Below, piece after piece: positions 35,821-52,861 of a stretch of DNA of 64,000 nucleotides. The DNA lies in the NCBI RefSeq assembly GCF_006345805.1, contig NC_043009.1, positions 66,464,001-66,528,000 of the forward strand, written 5' to 3'. This stretch comes from Octopus sinensis. Its lineage: Eukaryota. Position numbers and translations under genes: made by a program. How positions within the stretch are numbered: position 1 is the stretch's first letter; each line of letters opens with the position of its first letter. The notes under the pieces are model-generated. The model was given only the letters and a program-made list of their open reading frames with translations, did no database searches and was not told where the DNA came from.

Positions 35821-36003
35821 CTGAGCTTACAAATACAGATAATTCTGCACACTGAAATTAATACTATATGAAGAAGGTTACGAAACGGATGTAAGCATAT
35901 GGAAGTCATACAGATATATAAATCTGTCTTCACCGCCCACACTTGATTTTATGTTGTGTAAGCATGTGTGCGTACGTATGAGTGTGTGCATGTGTGCGCG
36001 CCC

Positions 36004-36076
<73 letters not shown>

Positions 36077-36235
36077 GTGTGTGCAGCGGATACCGAAAAG
36101 TAATATTCTAATATTGTACTTTCAAGCTAATAGCCTGATTTCAAACGACAAATAGGTTACAAACCAAGAAAAGGTGTTCTTGCAATCAGCCAATCAGCAT
36201 AAGGTTAATCTCCGAACGTTAACATGGACATGTGT

Positions 36236-36266
<31 letters not shown>

Positions 36267-36269
36267 ATG

Positions 36270-36905
36270 TTCTGTCTAAGTACAAGAATTGCATATTTGG
36301 CTTTTCATGCTTTGTGAATTTCTAAAGGTCGTAAGGTCAACAATACAACAAACGCAGGTTTAAAAAAAACATGCACTGTATACCCCGATGACGTGGGTGT
36401 TCGGAAATGCCAAAGCTGGCTTAACAATTTCAAAAACGGTGATTTCACCTTTTCCAAGGATTATCGATCAGAAAGTTCAACCTTTCTTCATAATGACACA
36501 CCGAAAACCGCAGTAGAAGAGGATTCGCATTAAAGTGTTTATTTTGCAGGATTAATAAATCTCGGTCTATTGTGCAAGATCATCACAAGCAGATTGAAGA
36601 AGTGTTTAGAGAAGGGAAGTGGGAACCTCATAAGATGTCTCCCGGGAATAAAGTAGCACGTTCAACAATTTGCAACAATCTACTAATCAGGAATGAGCAA
36701 ACACCTTTTCTTAATCGAATTGTGAGAACTGATGAGAAATGGATGGTCTATGCCGACAATAAACGCAAAAAGTAGTGGATACCGCCAAATGGAAATCCAG
36801 TTGGAAACCCAAAAACCAAATCTCCACCCAAACAAAATCCTACTGTGCATTTGGTCAAGGACAATATATACTGGTCATTTCGAATTACTAGGACAAGGGA
36901 AAAGG
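36270..36905 (+). pseudogene. Decayed mariner transposase, N-terminal part
   Basis: VYPDDVGVRKCQSWLNNFKNGDF (HTH), GKWEPHKM (cf. WVPHEL), PFLNRIVRTDEKWMVY (first catalytic D), KPNLHPNKILLCIW, HFELLGQG; ends before the remaining catalytic aspartates. Confidence 0.9.
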
Positions 36906-37936
36906 GATATTTTTTCCACCACCTCTTCTACCTCTCCGCCTCTGTAAAAGAAGACTAACAGTTCCTCTTCCTCCGGGTTCGACGTAGTCATTTCTACCGT
37001 TGGCGGCACAATTCCCCCCAGCGGTATCTCTTTCCCTGCCAGCGACACAACCTCTACCAGCAAGGTTCCAGGACATTCCGGTGCTATGTCACCGACTGCT
37101 GGTAATGTCCCGTTTCTCTTCCTCTTCCCCTTCCTCATTTTTCTCTCAACTGAGGGAGGGTGCGTCTCCTCCGTGACCGGGAGATTCGCCTCCCCTTCCT
37201 CATCCCTAGGATCCTTCGGTGAGCACCCATTGTTGCTCACCTTCTTCCTCTTGCGGCCATTCTTTGAGGATTCCACCGTCTCCTTGGCTGCTTTCGTTCC
37301 TTCTTTTACAGATGTCTCAGTCAACTGCTCCAGGACTTTGCTTTGTTCCTAAGGACAGTTTTCTTTATATGGCCAGGCTCCAGGTACCGGTGGCACCTGG
37401 GGGAGGGGCACCCTCAAGAATTACCGGGTACCTGCACCCGGCTATTTTCAAAAAATCTGGCATAACCAGATTCATGGCTGATTGGGTCCACCGGGTCAAA
37501 ACAGCTTTTGACCCAACCCAATCAGCCGCAGGAAGAATTTTCACATTGAGGAGCATGGCCCCGCTGCCACCCAGACCCTGGGTTCAATTCCGGGATGCAA
37601 ACCACAGACCCAAGCCCTCGTCAATTTTTTTCCACAATAAGTGGGAAGAAACAAAATTTCTTTACCCTCAACGGGCTGGCTCGCAAAACTGCGAGTCTTC
37701 TCTGGGGTGTCAAACAGCAACCAGACCGTTGCATATTTGACATCCCTAGAGATATGCTTAATGGTTATCAGATGTTCCGCCAACCCTTGCTCAATCATCT
37801 GCTTGGAGAAGACGGCAATGGTTTCGGGAACCTTCGAATACGTTCTCAACACCACCGTCTTCTCCTCTTGCTGTCTGAGCCACTCCTGAGGCGGGGCAAT
37901 CTCCCACTCTACAATCATATCCGTATTTTCTGCCAT
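36905..37936 (-). pseudogene. Gag-like ORF1 of an L1/Tx1-type retrotransposon, frameshifted
   Basis: ORFs 37541..37936, 37365..37556 and 36875..37324 are colinear; YPVILEGAPP is followed after frameshifts by RCHRYLEPGHIKK(N)CP, a degenerate CCHC knuckle at 37355-37395, then a Lys/Arg-rich linker; T-rich 5' UTR to about 38140. Confidence 0.8.
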
Positions 37937-38144
37937 GTTTTAAATTAAAAAGTAAAAAGTCCAAAACAATAATTCATAAATTTCAAATCAAAAGGAAATA
38001 AAAGGGAAGAAGAGAAAAAGAAAACCGTTCAATAAGAAAGTCACAATAGAAGAAAATAACAGTTTAACAAAAGAGCAAAAAAATCTTCTGGGCATTCATG
38101 TACTCCAAGCCCTATGGTACTCCGATTAGAACCTGGACTGCTTC

Positions 38145-38425
38145 ACTTGAAATACAGCTTTCCAATTTTTCGTAAATGTAGTTGTAAAAATACACACTAT
38201 TCACAAACAGCGAAAACTTTTGGTGGCAGGATACACCACCAAACTATACTTCTCAAAATAAGAAAAAAATTTCATTTAATGTGAATACTTGAAATACAGC
38301 TTTCCAATTAATGGTAAATGTTGTAAAAACATACACTATTAAAAAGTAGACAGCTTCTGGTTGAAGGATACGTACCCAAACTGTATTTCCCACGATAAGA
38401 AAAAAAAATGTTCACTTACTGTGAA
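38145..38425. repeat. Two diverged 142-bp tandem units upstream of ORF1
   Basis: acttgaaatacagctttccaatt at 38145 and 38287; shared gtaaatg, cactatt, ggatac, ccaaact, ataagaaaaaa, gtgaa. Confidence 0.85.
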
Positions 38426-39139
38426 CTGAACCGCAAGCAGACCAACACCCTGAATCCAGTGAGGATTCCTTGTTAGTAAAAAAATATAACCAGACAACAA
38501 TCTCCACTGGACCCAAGAGACAAAAGTCTTACCTTGCAGCAGCTTCTTGTTGGCAGGCTAAACACTGACGGCTATCTTCAGTGCACAACACAATGACGCA
38601 TGCGTACACTGACAACAAAGATTCATGGGAAGTCTCAAAGACTCATGGGTTGGTGAGTAAGCTACTTACCACACAGCCACTACTGCGCCTATATATGTAT
38701 GTATGTATGCGTTATGTATGTATGTGAACACACACACACACACATACACACACACTCACACGCGTAATTACATCTATACACACAGTTGATAACACACAAT
38801 TGAACACACAATTTTACATATACACAGACCCAGGATAAAATATTCCACTCACGAAACCACATGCGCACACATACACATAGATGCACACAGCCACCTGTAT
38901 GCATGCACATTCAGAACTACACTCATACACACTTGCACGCACAACCGAGCACACACACACACATACACACACACACACGCACACGCGCGCACACACGCAC
39001 TGTAGAGGCGCAGAGGGAGGCTTGCATGCACGTTGAAAATAAATGAATGAAAACATGTCGAAGAGAAAGAAAACAGGGAAGGGGTGGAGAGATGTGGCGT
39101 GGTGGGGAGGGGGAGGGGCAAAAGAAGAAGAAGAAGAAA

Positions 39140-41080
<1,941 letters not shown>

Positions 41081-41418
41081 ACAACGAGTAACAAAAACAA
41101 TAGCAATTTCGTCAAGAGGCATTTAGATATCAATACGGGAGACCATTAAGAATTGCGTTGCTCGCTCTACGTAATGTCTTTTCCAACACCGTATACAGGC
41201 GGCCATGTTTAGCATGTATGCGTATAGAAATACACACGCATATTATACATACATTCATACACAAACACACATTCATATATATAATATACATACATACATA
41301 AAATACAAACACACATGTATATAATGTAACTATTTATGTGTACACATATTTTTTTTAAAAAGGCGCAATTTTAACCATGTATTTACGAGAATGTATACAT
41401 ACATATATATTTATGTAT

Positions 41419-41493
<75 letters not shown>

Positions 41494-41815
41494 CATGTAT
41501 GTGTGTATGTGTATTTAAAGAAAATTGCTTTGTGTGCCAAATTGCGATGCGACTTTTCTATACGTATATTGTATACGTATCGATATGCCCACACAATATA
41601 CACACGTACATAGACGTGAACATACATATATACATGCACACATGCATACCTGCATATATACATACCTAGAAATGATCATCCATACACGACTAAAACAAAC
41701 ATTTGGCCACACACACACACACAAATGCTTTTATGTTTTTTATGCCATAAAATAAGTAAAAACAATACCTGTATATACACATATATATATATATGCGTAG
41801 ACATACATGTGTGTA

Positions 41816-41855
<40 letters not shown>

Positions 41856-42317
41856 CATGCACACATATATATGTATGTATATATTATATATATGTATATA
41901 TACGTAACTCTGTTATATATAAATATGTATGTGCGTGTGTGTGAGTGTATATGTGTGTATGTATGTATGTATGTATGTATATTTGTGTGAATTAAAATAG
42001 CATATGTTGGGAGGAATGGTTATGGAATTGTGTGTGGTGGGGGAGAGAGGGGTTAAGAAAGAGAGTGTGTATAATTTTGAAAGAGGGATGAATGTTGGAT
42101 GTACATCCTAATGTAGATTTGTCAATAATCTAATTATAAATATACGTTCACTTACGTAACAAATTAACATACATACACATGGGAATGGATGCGTCTATAT
42201 ATATATATATACATATTTTATGTATATGTTATTACACCTAACACAAACGCACACCCAAATACACGCATACACGTGTGTGTGTATATATATATATTTATAT
42301 ATGCACAGACATACATG

Positions 42318-42388
<71 letters not shown>

Positions 42389-42672
42389 GTATGTGTGTAT
42401 ATCTGCATATATGTATATGTATGTGTATATATAGGTATGTATATACATACATATTTATATATATATATAAACAGAGGGAGGGAGCGAGGGGGGAGAAACG
42501 GATGGTGAGAGAGAGAGACAATATATACATGTATGTCTATGAATGTGTATGTATATATATTTGTGTATCCATTCATACATGCAGTTATAAATACATAACC
42601 ACACACGTGCACACACAATCATACACACAGACAAACACACGCACACACACACACACACGCGCGCACACACAT

Positions 42673-42717
<45 letters not shown>

Positions 42718-43118
42718 AACACATGCACACACGCCCATGCAGGCAGAGTTAAACGTTGATGGAATTCACTCCCCAACCATAAGCTATCAGGTCCCACGTT
42801 TTATCTTTGTGCTTGACCTCTGGACAAATGTCCCCCGTCGCTCCTTATCTAAGACCGGTCTCGTCCTACTGTGTGAATTGGCGGTGACGGTGCAGACCAG
42901 TATCAGATAGACTGTAACACTAACTGGAAGCGCTTACCATCCTTCTCGAAACACACGTTGTGAGTCCTTCTAATTGTACCAGCGAAGTGCAGTGACAATG
43001 GACGCGTCTCTACAAAACTTAGCCAATTGCACGCTAATGCAATTAACAAGTTGTTCTGTTGATTGAAGAACTGAAAGAATCATCTTGAAACTGACGGAGG
43101 TCCATTCACTTATTACTT

Positions 43119-43167
<49 letters not shown>

Positions 43168-43295
43168 AACATATGTCTTAATTATGTATTTATGCATGTA
43201 TAGTAATAAATATATGCGTGTATGGATCTGCGTGTGTGTGTGTGTGTGTGTTTCTGTTTATGCGTATGTGATTGTAGGTATAGAAATATGTGTGT

Positions 43296-43353
<58 letters not shown>

Positions 43354-43569
43354 TGGGGTGCGTGTGGTGGTGGTGACAAGCAATAAATACGTGTGTTCAG
43401 ACGTGGAAACAGAAAATGAAGAGCTGTGGCATGTACAACTATTTAGAAACAATTGAACATGATTGCAATTATAGACACCCTGCGCACACGTTGACGTGTG
43501 GAAACAGTAATATATATTTATACATACACACCTACATACATATATAGACACACACACACATACATACAT

Positions 43570-43600
<31 letters not shown>

Positions 43601-43956
43601 AATACAAATAAGTATATAGATATAGATATATATATATATATATACGTACATACTTACGTATATATTCACGAATATATTTACATATGTATAAGTATGAATA
43701 TATATATATATATATGTTTGTGAATGTGTGCATGTGTGTGCGCTCGCGCATGTATGGATACATACATGTCCATGTATGTGTTTCCACGTGCATAACATAC
43801 GCTCATACGTAACAAAACTGGTGAGTTGGTTCATAAAAGCATGTATGGACGCACACATACACACACTCGCCGACACACATGCACACACTGGCGCACACAC
43901 ATATTAGACACACTTTCACACATACGCTGCTATCATTTCTACAGCCTTATACATAC

Positions 43957-44000
<44 letters not shown>

Positions 44001-44078
44001 GTACACACATATGTGTGTGTGCATGTGTATATAGAAATACATACGTATATGTTTTCATTCATATGTAATATGTACTGC

Positions 44079-44144
<66 letters not shown>

Positions 44145-44147
44145 ATA

Positions 44148-44178
<31 letters not shown>

Positions 44179-44187
44179 TGTATGTTA

Positions 44188-44255
<68 letters not shown>

Positions 44256-45247
44256 GTATTATATATACCGTACACACATACGCACGTCTATATATCTACA
44301 TATTTCTCCGTACCTGCATCTACATGTCCCCCCCACACACACACACAGCGTGTGTGCGTGCGTGCGTGCGTGCGTGCGCCAGCTTATTCTCAATGGCTCT
44401 ACCAGTCAACTTTATACAATTATCTCCCGTGTCACACGCTCTTCTCGTGTTTCATTTTAGTTATGGAGATCGAAGCCTCGTTTTCATTCACAGCATTAAG
44501 CAGATCTATTCGATTCCTGTTTTTGTTTTGATTTTCCTATTTTCATCTTTTTTTCCTTCGCTTTTCTTCATACTTTCTCCAAGATCACATTAACGCCTCT
44601 TTTCTCTTTCTTTCATGTATTTTCCTTTCTCACATTCGTTGTTTTCATTTTTATTTTTTTGCTTTATTGTTTTTGTTTTCCAGTAAATTTTTATTATTTC
44701 TTTCTTAGATTTTTATCTCAATATTGAAATATCCAATTTTTTTGTATTTTAGCTTTCGTTTTTTTTTTGCTTCTTCGCTTCATTTTCAATTCAAATTTAG
44801 TTGTCAAAATAGTAATAGATGCTCAACCGTTTAGCTGATGGTGTATGCGCAAGAAATGCGTATGCGTATATCTAAAGGTAGTAGATCTCTTTACGTTGTG
44901 TGTTTTATGTGTCTGTGCTATAATTTCCATGTGTGTGCGAATGCGAGTGTGTGAACGTGCAAATGTAAATATCATCATATTTAATTATTAATGTTTTGTT
45001 GTAGAAGAATCGGTTGACGCAGCGGATGAGAAGTCTTTGGATGTTTTGTGTTCATTCCATGTATACTGTGTGTTCAAATCCTTTCTTTCTTTATATATTT
45101 CGAGGGTGGATAAAATATACACTAAATACATAACCCACCTCTTCGAGGGTGGATGAGATATATGCTAAATACATAATCTGAATGACTGCAGATGTCTCTT
45201 GCAAACAAACATGAATGGCTTTCGACAATCGTGTTAAGTGTCGGTCT

Positions 45248-45628
45248 CAGTGGTTCTCAACCGGGCTCCGTGTGACCATAAGGGGTCCACATGAGATTTT
45301 TGGGGGTCCGCGCAAATAAATTACCAAGTTGGGGATGCACATTAGTACTTTAACTATCCACGGAAAACTTTTTGCTTTAGACAAGCTAAGTTTTTTTTCT
45401 CTCTCTCACATTTTACATAGCTCAACAGGCTTCTGGTCACTGAATCATGTTCTCTCAGAGAGTTCTGTTGCAAGCATATACAAGTGAATAAGTGAATAAC
45501 GAAATAGGGATTTCGAAAGGAGTATCTCTAAAACTAGTTTTTAAACATAGAATGGCTATGAGGGTCCACTTGGGTAAAAATAATAACCAAAGGGATCCTG
45601 AGGCAAAATAAATGAGTGAAAACCACTG
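45248..45628. mobile_element. hAT (Charlie/MER5-like) MITE
   Basis: TIR cagtggttctcaac vs gtgaaaaccactg; subterminal gggtcc motifs at both ends; 8-bp TSD not preserved. Confidence 0.7.
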
Positions 45629-46679
45629 GTGTACGCTATCGCTAGCTGATATAAACACTATCTCTGCCGACCCTGCTTTGGGGGTCAGCAGAAGTTGAGA
45701 GGGCTGCACCGGTGTTCAGCTGTTAGTTTCAACTGAGCAACCTATAGCAACCTGAAATAAAGTGTGTTGCTCAAAGACAGAATGTGCCACCCTTTTCAGG
45801 GTGATGTTTCTAAGGCGGATCCAATAACAACTGCGCGGTTGTCAGAACTATTTCCCCTTCTTCGTTGCCAAAAAGCGACTCAAAAAACTAGCAGGGACGT
45901 TTAGAACGTTCACATCAACAGTAACAACAGCTCGATCTAAGGGACCAGAAAGCTTTTCCCCCTCAAAGCAGTTGCACCCTGTCCAGTTATGGAGTTCTAA
46001 ACTCATAAGCTGAAAAAACAACAGATCAATCAATTGGAAAACGGAATAAAGACACACAAAGATGAACAGATCTGCAAAATGGGAGATACTCTCCGCCGAA
46101 GAAGAGCACGTCATATATAACGGAGCACTGGCTTTGATGAGGAGGAGCCAGTCTTTTTTTTTTTATAAAGGAAATGAAATTCAGAGCTCTCTGAAAGATT
46201 AATACATAATTAAGAAGAAAGAGCAATTTGCAGACGTCAGCGAAAGAAACAACATAAAAGGAACAGGATATTAGAAGAAATTTCGCCAAACCTTACGAGA
46301 TCTTTACATGTTGATGACCCATAGGACATTGGACTTCAGCGGCCCACTGTGATCCAAGAGTTCCTCTCAGTAGACTTAGGAATCACCAGTTTTGAATGAT
46401 ACAATGAGGTGGAAGAAAACTAAGGTTGATTTGATCAACTTAAATAGACATTTAAGTTACACACACACAGTGTTTTAATTAGTCCTGTTTTATTTTATCT
46501 ACTAATTTATTGCATTGTGTGCGTAACTGTTTTATAAACTTTTTATTCATCCCGTTATATACTTTTGTATAACACCTGTCATTCTTCCTCTCGTCTCTGT
46601 ATAAGTTGATTTTCCCAAACTAGACTGGGTTTTATAAAGTCCGGTTAAAAGAAGCTCTACAGTTTATTGTATCGTTCCG

Positions 46680-46870
46680 GAATCGTTAGCATGCCGGGCA
46701 AAGGTGTTTAGCGGTATTTTGTCCGTCTTGATGTTCTGAGTTCAAATTCCGCCGACGTCGACTTTGCTTTTCATCCTTTCCGGATGGATAAAATAAGTAC
46801 AGGTTAAACACTGAGATCGATATAATCGACTTAGCCCCTTCCTCGAAATTGCTAGCCCTGTACCAAAATT
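46680..46870 (+). mobile_element. SINE family A with the alternative 3' tail (cccttcctcgaaattgctagccctgtaccaaaattttga)
   Basis: Core match; tail shared with 17881-18046 and the - copies at 5914, 9287, 9586. Confidence 0.9.
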
Positions 46871-46964
46871 TTGAGATTATTATTATAATTATTATTCTGT
46901 TTCTTCTTCTTTCAATTTTGTTTCCATTTCTTGACGAGTATCTTCCCAACATCCGGCAAGAAAC

Positions 46965-46974
46965 AAAATTATTG

Positions 46975-47055
<81 letters not shown>

Positions 47056-47457
47056 TTATTACTATCACCATTATATGTTTGACTTTTGCATTATATTTGT
47101 ACAAGTTGACTCCAAGTCTCACCCAGAGACCTGAAGAGGCAACAAGTTAGAAGTTCATGTTGGTGTCATGCCTGGGGTGTCATATATTTGGTTTTGTTCA
47201 AAGTATTGTTCTAGAGAATGTTTAAGAAAACAAGAAAATTATGAGTTTGTTTTAAAGTTTGTTTTACAAAAACAGTATTTTCCGTAGGATATGAGCAGTT
47301 CCTATGAGAACTATCTTTTGAATTTCTGCCATTTTGGGGTTTCCTAGTATCTGAGCCAGGTAGCAATCAGCTCCATTATTATTATCATTATTATTATTAT
47401 CATTATTATTATTTTATTATTATTATTATTATTTTTATTATTATTATCATTATTATA

Positions 47458-47507
<50 letters not shown>

Positions 47508-47551
47508 TTATTATTATATTATTATTATTATTATTATATTATTATTTTTTA

Positions 47552-47583
<32 letters not shown>

Positions 47584-47599
47584 GTTATTGTGTTGTTGA

Positions 47600-47674
<75 letters not shown>

Positions 47675-47710
47675 GTTATTGTTGTTGTTGATATTATTAT
47701 TATTATTATT
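46965..47710. repeat. Two long (ATT)n tracts (about 46965-47065 and 47375-47710)
   Basis: Direct reading. Confidence 0.95.
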
Positions 47711-48407
47711 TTATTTCGTCATTGTTGTTGTTGTTGTTGTTACATTTGTTGGGTGGGGTGCTGTTATTGTTATCGCTGCTATTCTTGTTTTTACTACTGT
47801 TGATATTGCATCCGCTGTTGTTTCCTGGCCACAGAACAAGCCTATTCCAGCAGAACCAAGCTCACAATCACCCTTGCTTCTCTCTCTCTCTCCCTCTCTC
47901 CCCCCCTCTCTTTCTCTCTCTCCTCTCTCTCTCATTTTCTTACCCTACATTCTAGACATTGTCGAACGTTGCCTTCCATTCTCCTCAGTGTACAGTTTCA
48001 TTTCAGGGATTTGGCTGCAGCTTTTGTTGCCGGTGAAACCACCGTAAAATAACACAAGCAGTTATTTCGGTTGCAATCCATGCAATGCCATGCCTCATAT
48101 CGATTTGATTAGGTTAGTACTATGGCCCTTTTGCAATTTCTGTTTTTTCATCCGGCTTGAGAACCCAGCATAATACGGCAATCGAGACGCAGAAACATTC
48201 AACTTATTTTTTCCAATTGAATGATTCTATCTTTTAAAACAACTGAGTCGTAATCACTGGCTAACAGCAAAAAGGTTTTGTGTGATATATATATATATAA
48301 TATATATATATATATATAGGTATGTGTATCTGTAAACTTGTGTAAATACACACACGTTCACACACACATAAATAAATATATATACATATATATTATATAT
48401 ACATATT

Positions 48408-48753
<346 letters not shown>

Positions 48754-48770
48754 TATATAGATAGATAGAC

Positions 48771-48838
<68 letters not shown>

Positions 48839-48839
<1 letters not shown>

Positions 48840-49050
48840 GGGGGTGCTGAAGAGCTCCTGGCCTTGAGTAAAAGAAAATAGAGGAGGATCAGTTAATTAT
48901 GGTTTTATTCAACATATTCCCTTCTCTGATTAACACACTTATTGTAGCAGTCCATCAGTTTTTCTAAGCTCTGTAAAAGGACTGGGAAGATTGGGTCTCC
49001 AACCAGGCTTTTTGCGATACTCTTAAAGCCAGGAACTCTTAAACCCCCTC
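48839..49050 (-). mobile_element. Mariner-derived MITE retaining the transposase C-terminus
   Basis: TIR agggggtgctgaagagctcctggc / gccaggaactcttaaaccccct; minus strand ends LEKLMDCYNKCVNQRREYVE*. Confidence 0.85.
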
Positions 49051-49250
49051 CAACATGCATATAAATGAATGCATATTGTGTTTGAATGAATGCAAGAATC
49101 GCTTCGCTGACCACCAAAACGGAATAAAAGAGAATCTGCGTTTCTTGTTAAATTCCGGTGACCTGTTTCCAGAAACGTATAGCATTTCACCAGAAATATG
49201 CGTAATAGATTCTAGTCAGATAACATGTGTAATACATAAAGGATACATGT

Positions 49251-49650
49251 AGGTGCAGGTGCGGCTACATGGTAAGACGTTTGCCTCCCAACCACATGGT
49301 TCTAGGTTCAGTCCCATTGCGTGGCACCTGAGCAAGTGTCTTCTATTAAAGCCTGGGACTGACCAAACCCTTGTGAGTAGATTTGGTAGATGGAAACTGA
49401 AAGAAGCCCGTTGATGTGTGTGTTGTGTATGTGTTGTGTGTGTGTTGCGTGTGTGTGTGTGTGTGGTGTGTGTGTGTGTGTGTGTGTGTGCGTGCGTGGT
49501 TATGATTGTGCTTGTCCTTCACTACCGTAACACAGCGATTCGGCAATAGAGAACGATAGAATATGTTCCAGGCTGGATCGATTCGTTCGATTAAACTGCT
49601 TCAAGATAGTGTTCCAGCATGGCCGCAGTCTAATGACTGAAGCAATTAAA
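49251..49650 (+). mobile_element. SINE family B, full length with internal (TG)n
   Basis: aggtgcaggtgcggctacatggtaag..ggttcagtccc..gaaagaagcccg-(TG)n-..ccagcatggccgcagtctaatgactgaa. Confidence 0.9.
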
Positions 49651-52600
49651 AAACTAACGATACAATTACAGTAAAAGATGAGACAAAACAACATACCCAT
49701 GCTGTATAAATTAGTCGCATAGAACAGCTGAATCCATGTAAACCGCATCTCATACGTAAGGTTCACATGGAAGTCTTTTCTAACAATCCTAAATACATAG
49801 TTATAATTCTCATGAAAATCGAAATAAGTATAGGCCGCAAACACATGTTAGATACTCTCAATTTATGAATTAGATCGGCCACAAATTTAATGCTATACAA
49901 GTGCGGCAACACTACCATTAAATGGTTTAACCGTATTGATGTTAAATCCAATTGCAGGTTTACTCTGTTCGATAGAGTAGACTTTTATCGGTTTATTTCT
50001 AAGTATTTTCTCCTGCAAAAGATATACCACTATAGCAGAGACCGATATTTGTATAATTATGAACAGCAGGAAATCATTGTTATTTTAGGATAATTTCTAC
50101 TGGGTCAAGAAGCGAGGTAATAACAGTTCTCATGGGCGTCTATATCCTACACACACTGAGTAGTAATAAAACAGAAACAGGTTTAGATGGAGATGACGGC
50201 CTCGGAGGAATTTATTATTGGAATGCGCATGACATAGATAGACTTAGGAAAACGCTACCATACCCAGTCAGTTTAACCTTAAAATTTCAGTTAACATTAT
50301 TCTAAAATTAGTGAAATCGCTGTCTATTACAGTGAAGGTACTGGCAAATATTATACATACCAGAAGCCGAACTTGGAACAATTTTTATAAATAAAAATTA
50401 GCTTCCAGTGCAATCACTAATTACAGCATCTCCAGTGTATCTTCAGATGGGAATGGTTTTGGCAAGACAACAATGCGTTGGAGAGAAGCGGTTTTCAATG
50501 ACAAAATACATTATATGAACCAATGGCATTCGGTTTAGAGATTACTGGAATAGGGAAACCTTTTGTTTCAATTCATCGTTTGGTATGAACATTGCCATAA
50601 ATATAGCTAGATGCCTCTTGACCCCATTCAAGCTGACTTCATCGACCTGCAACAAAAGAAAAAAAGGAAAGGAACTCTCTCTTCTTCCTCACATACAGTA
50701 ACATTTAGTGAGCCGGCCTTCAAGCAAATTCCTCTGCAAGATCCATTTCAGCTACAGATCAATTGCCGGCATTGGCACTTCTATCCTCGACCCTCAAAAT
50801 ACGACCCGAGAACCTGATCAACTTCGAAAGAATACCGGTTAGAATTCTCTTCTTATACTATATCACATTTCTCTTATAAATTCTACCACCTTCTCCTTCC
50901 ACTCTCCTCCCTCCATCACCTTTTTAACTTTCCTCACCTCTCTGTCATACGTTTCCATCACACCCATCATTACATCTCCTCTCCTGCTCCATAAAGGACA
51001 CCGGCCATGCACAAGCCGGCCAACTATAATCCTCCGTATAATCCCATCCCTGCTGTTCAGTAATTTTAGATTGGCGAACGCTGAATATATTCTTGAGCAC
51101 TTAACACCCAGTCTATGAATCTCACCTCACACAGCTGATCTCGGATATTGCAATTAGGAGATCAGGTAACACAAGGGTAAATCTACCTGGTGAATTATAT
51201 TAAGACCCAAGGCGTCCAAGCTGTACGCACATCTTTCCGTTCCCCCCCTTTTTTTACCAGAAATAATTACGACTACATTATTGAAAGTAACCTGCGTTTT
51301 CTGTTCCTGATTCTATGATGTGATTTGAAAGTGATGTTGCTGTTATTTCTAGCAGGTCGACAGACGGCAGAGAGGTCCATCCGTTGGCTTACATTGAGGA
51401 TTTTGTTGTTGCTGCTGCTGTTTTTGTTGTTGTTGTTGTTGCTGCTGCTGCTGCTCTTCTTTTCTTCTTTTTGTTATTGTTGTTGTTCTTCTTTTTCTTC
51501 TTTTCCCCCTTCTTCTTCTTCCTCCTTCTCCTCCTCCTCCTTCCTCTTCTTCTTCTTCTTCTTCTTCTCTTCTCCTCCTCCTCCTCCTTCTTCTTCTTCT
51601 TCTTCTTCTTCTTCTCTTCTTCTTGCTGCTACTGCATCTGTTGCTACTGGTGTTATTTAATTCAGGTCAACTTTGATTGGACAGAGCAAACTATGTGTCC
51701 ATTTGTGTCCATCATGTCATTTATGTATCCCGTTGTAGACGTTAAGATGCTAATTGAAGAAGACTTGGCGGCTGTTTTCAGCAAGTCGAGCAACCATATA
51801 GAGGCACCTCCTCTGTTGCTTGGCCCCGCTGGCTTTTTGTCGTTTAGGTCTTCGTCGAAACTAATAAAGGCGACCAAGGATTAAAACCGTTCCAGCGTTG
51901 ACTGTCTTTTACTTTTTACAGTTACCTACGACTGACATTAAATTGATCCTCCTTCATTTAAAAGAGTAAGGTGTGGTTTCAGGGAGATTTGGCTACTCTT
52001 TCTAGAAGACCGAGTGATCAGTTAGAGATTTCCCACATTGGGGCCTCTCTCATGATCACTGTAATGGCGTGCAAAATGGACTCCGTTTCTTCCAATCGCC
52101 GAGATGTCTGATGACTAATATCTTATTACCAATTGCCTTTCCACATATGTGTGTCTGTGGCAGCATAAATATCCAGTTCAGTGTTATTTGAGTATCAGTG
52201 CGTGCATGAATGTAATTCTGAGGGACATTTCACTCAAATCAAATGAACTTACCTTTCAAAAATTAAATTCTCTTAATTTGATTGTTAATTGCGTCTATGT
52301 CTTAGAGAGTTAAGTGTTAAAGGGATGTAACTCTTAGATCCACCTCTTCTGATTAAGCTAATCACTCGAACTCTGACAGATATTATCCACCACTGAGATA
52401 CATTAGAATACACTTTCCTATTGAACAGCAATTGATTGCCAAAAATATATTGAAGATTTAAACTATTTGCGTCTTTCCCCTCAAAAATACACCTATTAAT
52501 ATACCAGGAACCTAATATAATAAATCTATTCATCTTCAGAATTTATAACAGTTCAGGAATTTACGGTTAACTCCTATACAAGCCAGCCCTAGCACATTTT

Positions 52601-52801
52601 CACTTCGCCCCTTTGCAATTTTTAACTATTTTGGTATTTTGCCAAATTTGTCGCTAACTCGGTGAATTTGTTCCTTTCGGCAATTCCTTTTGGTGTATGA
52701 TTCAATACAACATAACTTCTTTTAAATTCTAAGCCAATACTAAACGTATCGGCTATATGAATTCTGTAATAAATTTAATTATATTTATAGTACATCTGAA
52801 C

Positions 52802-52861
<60 letters not shown>

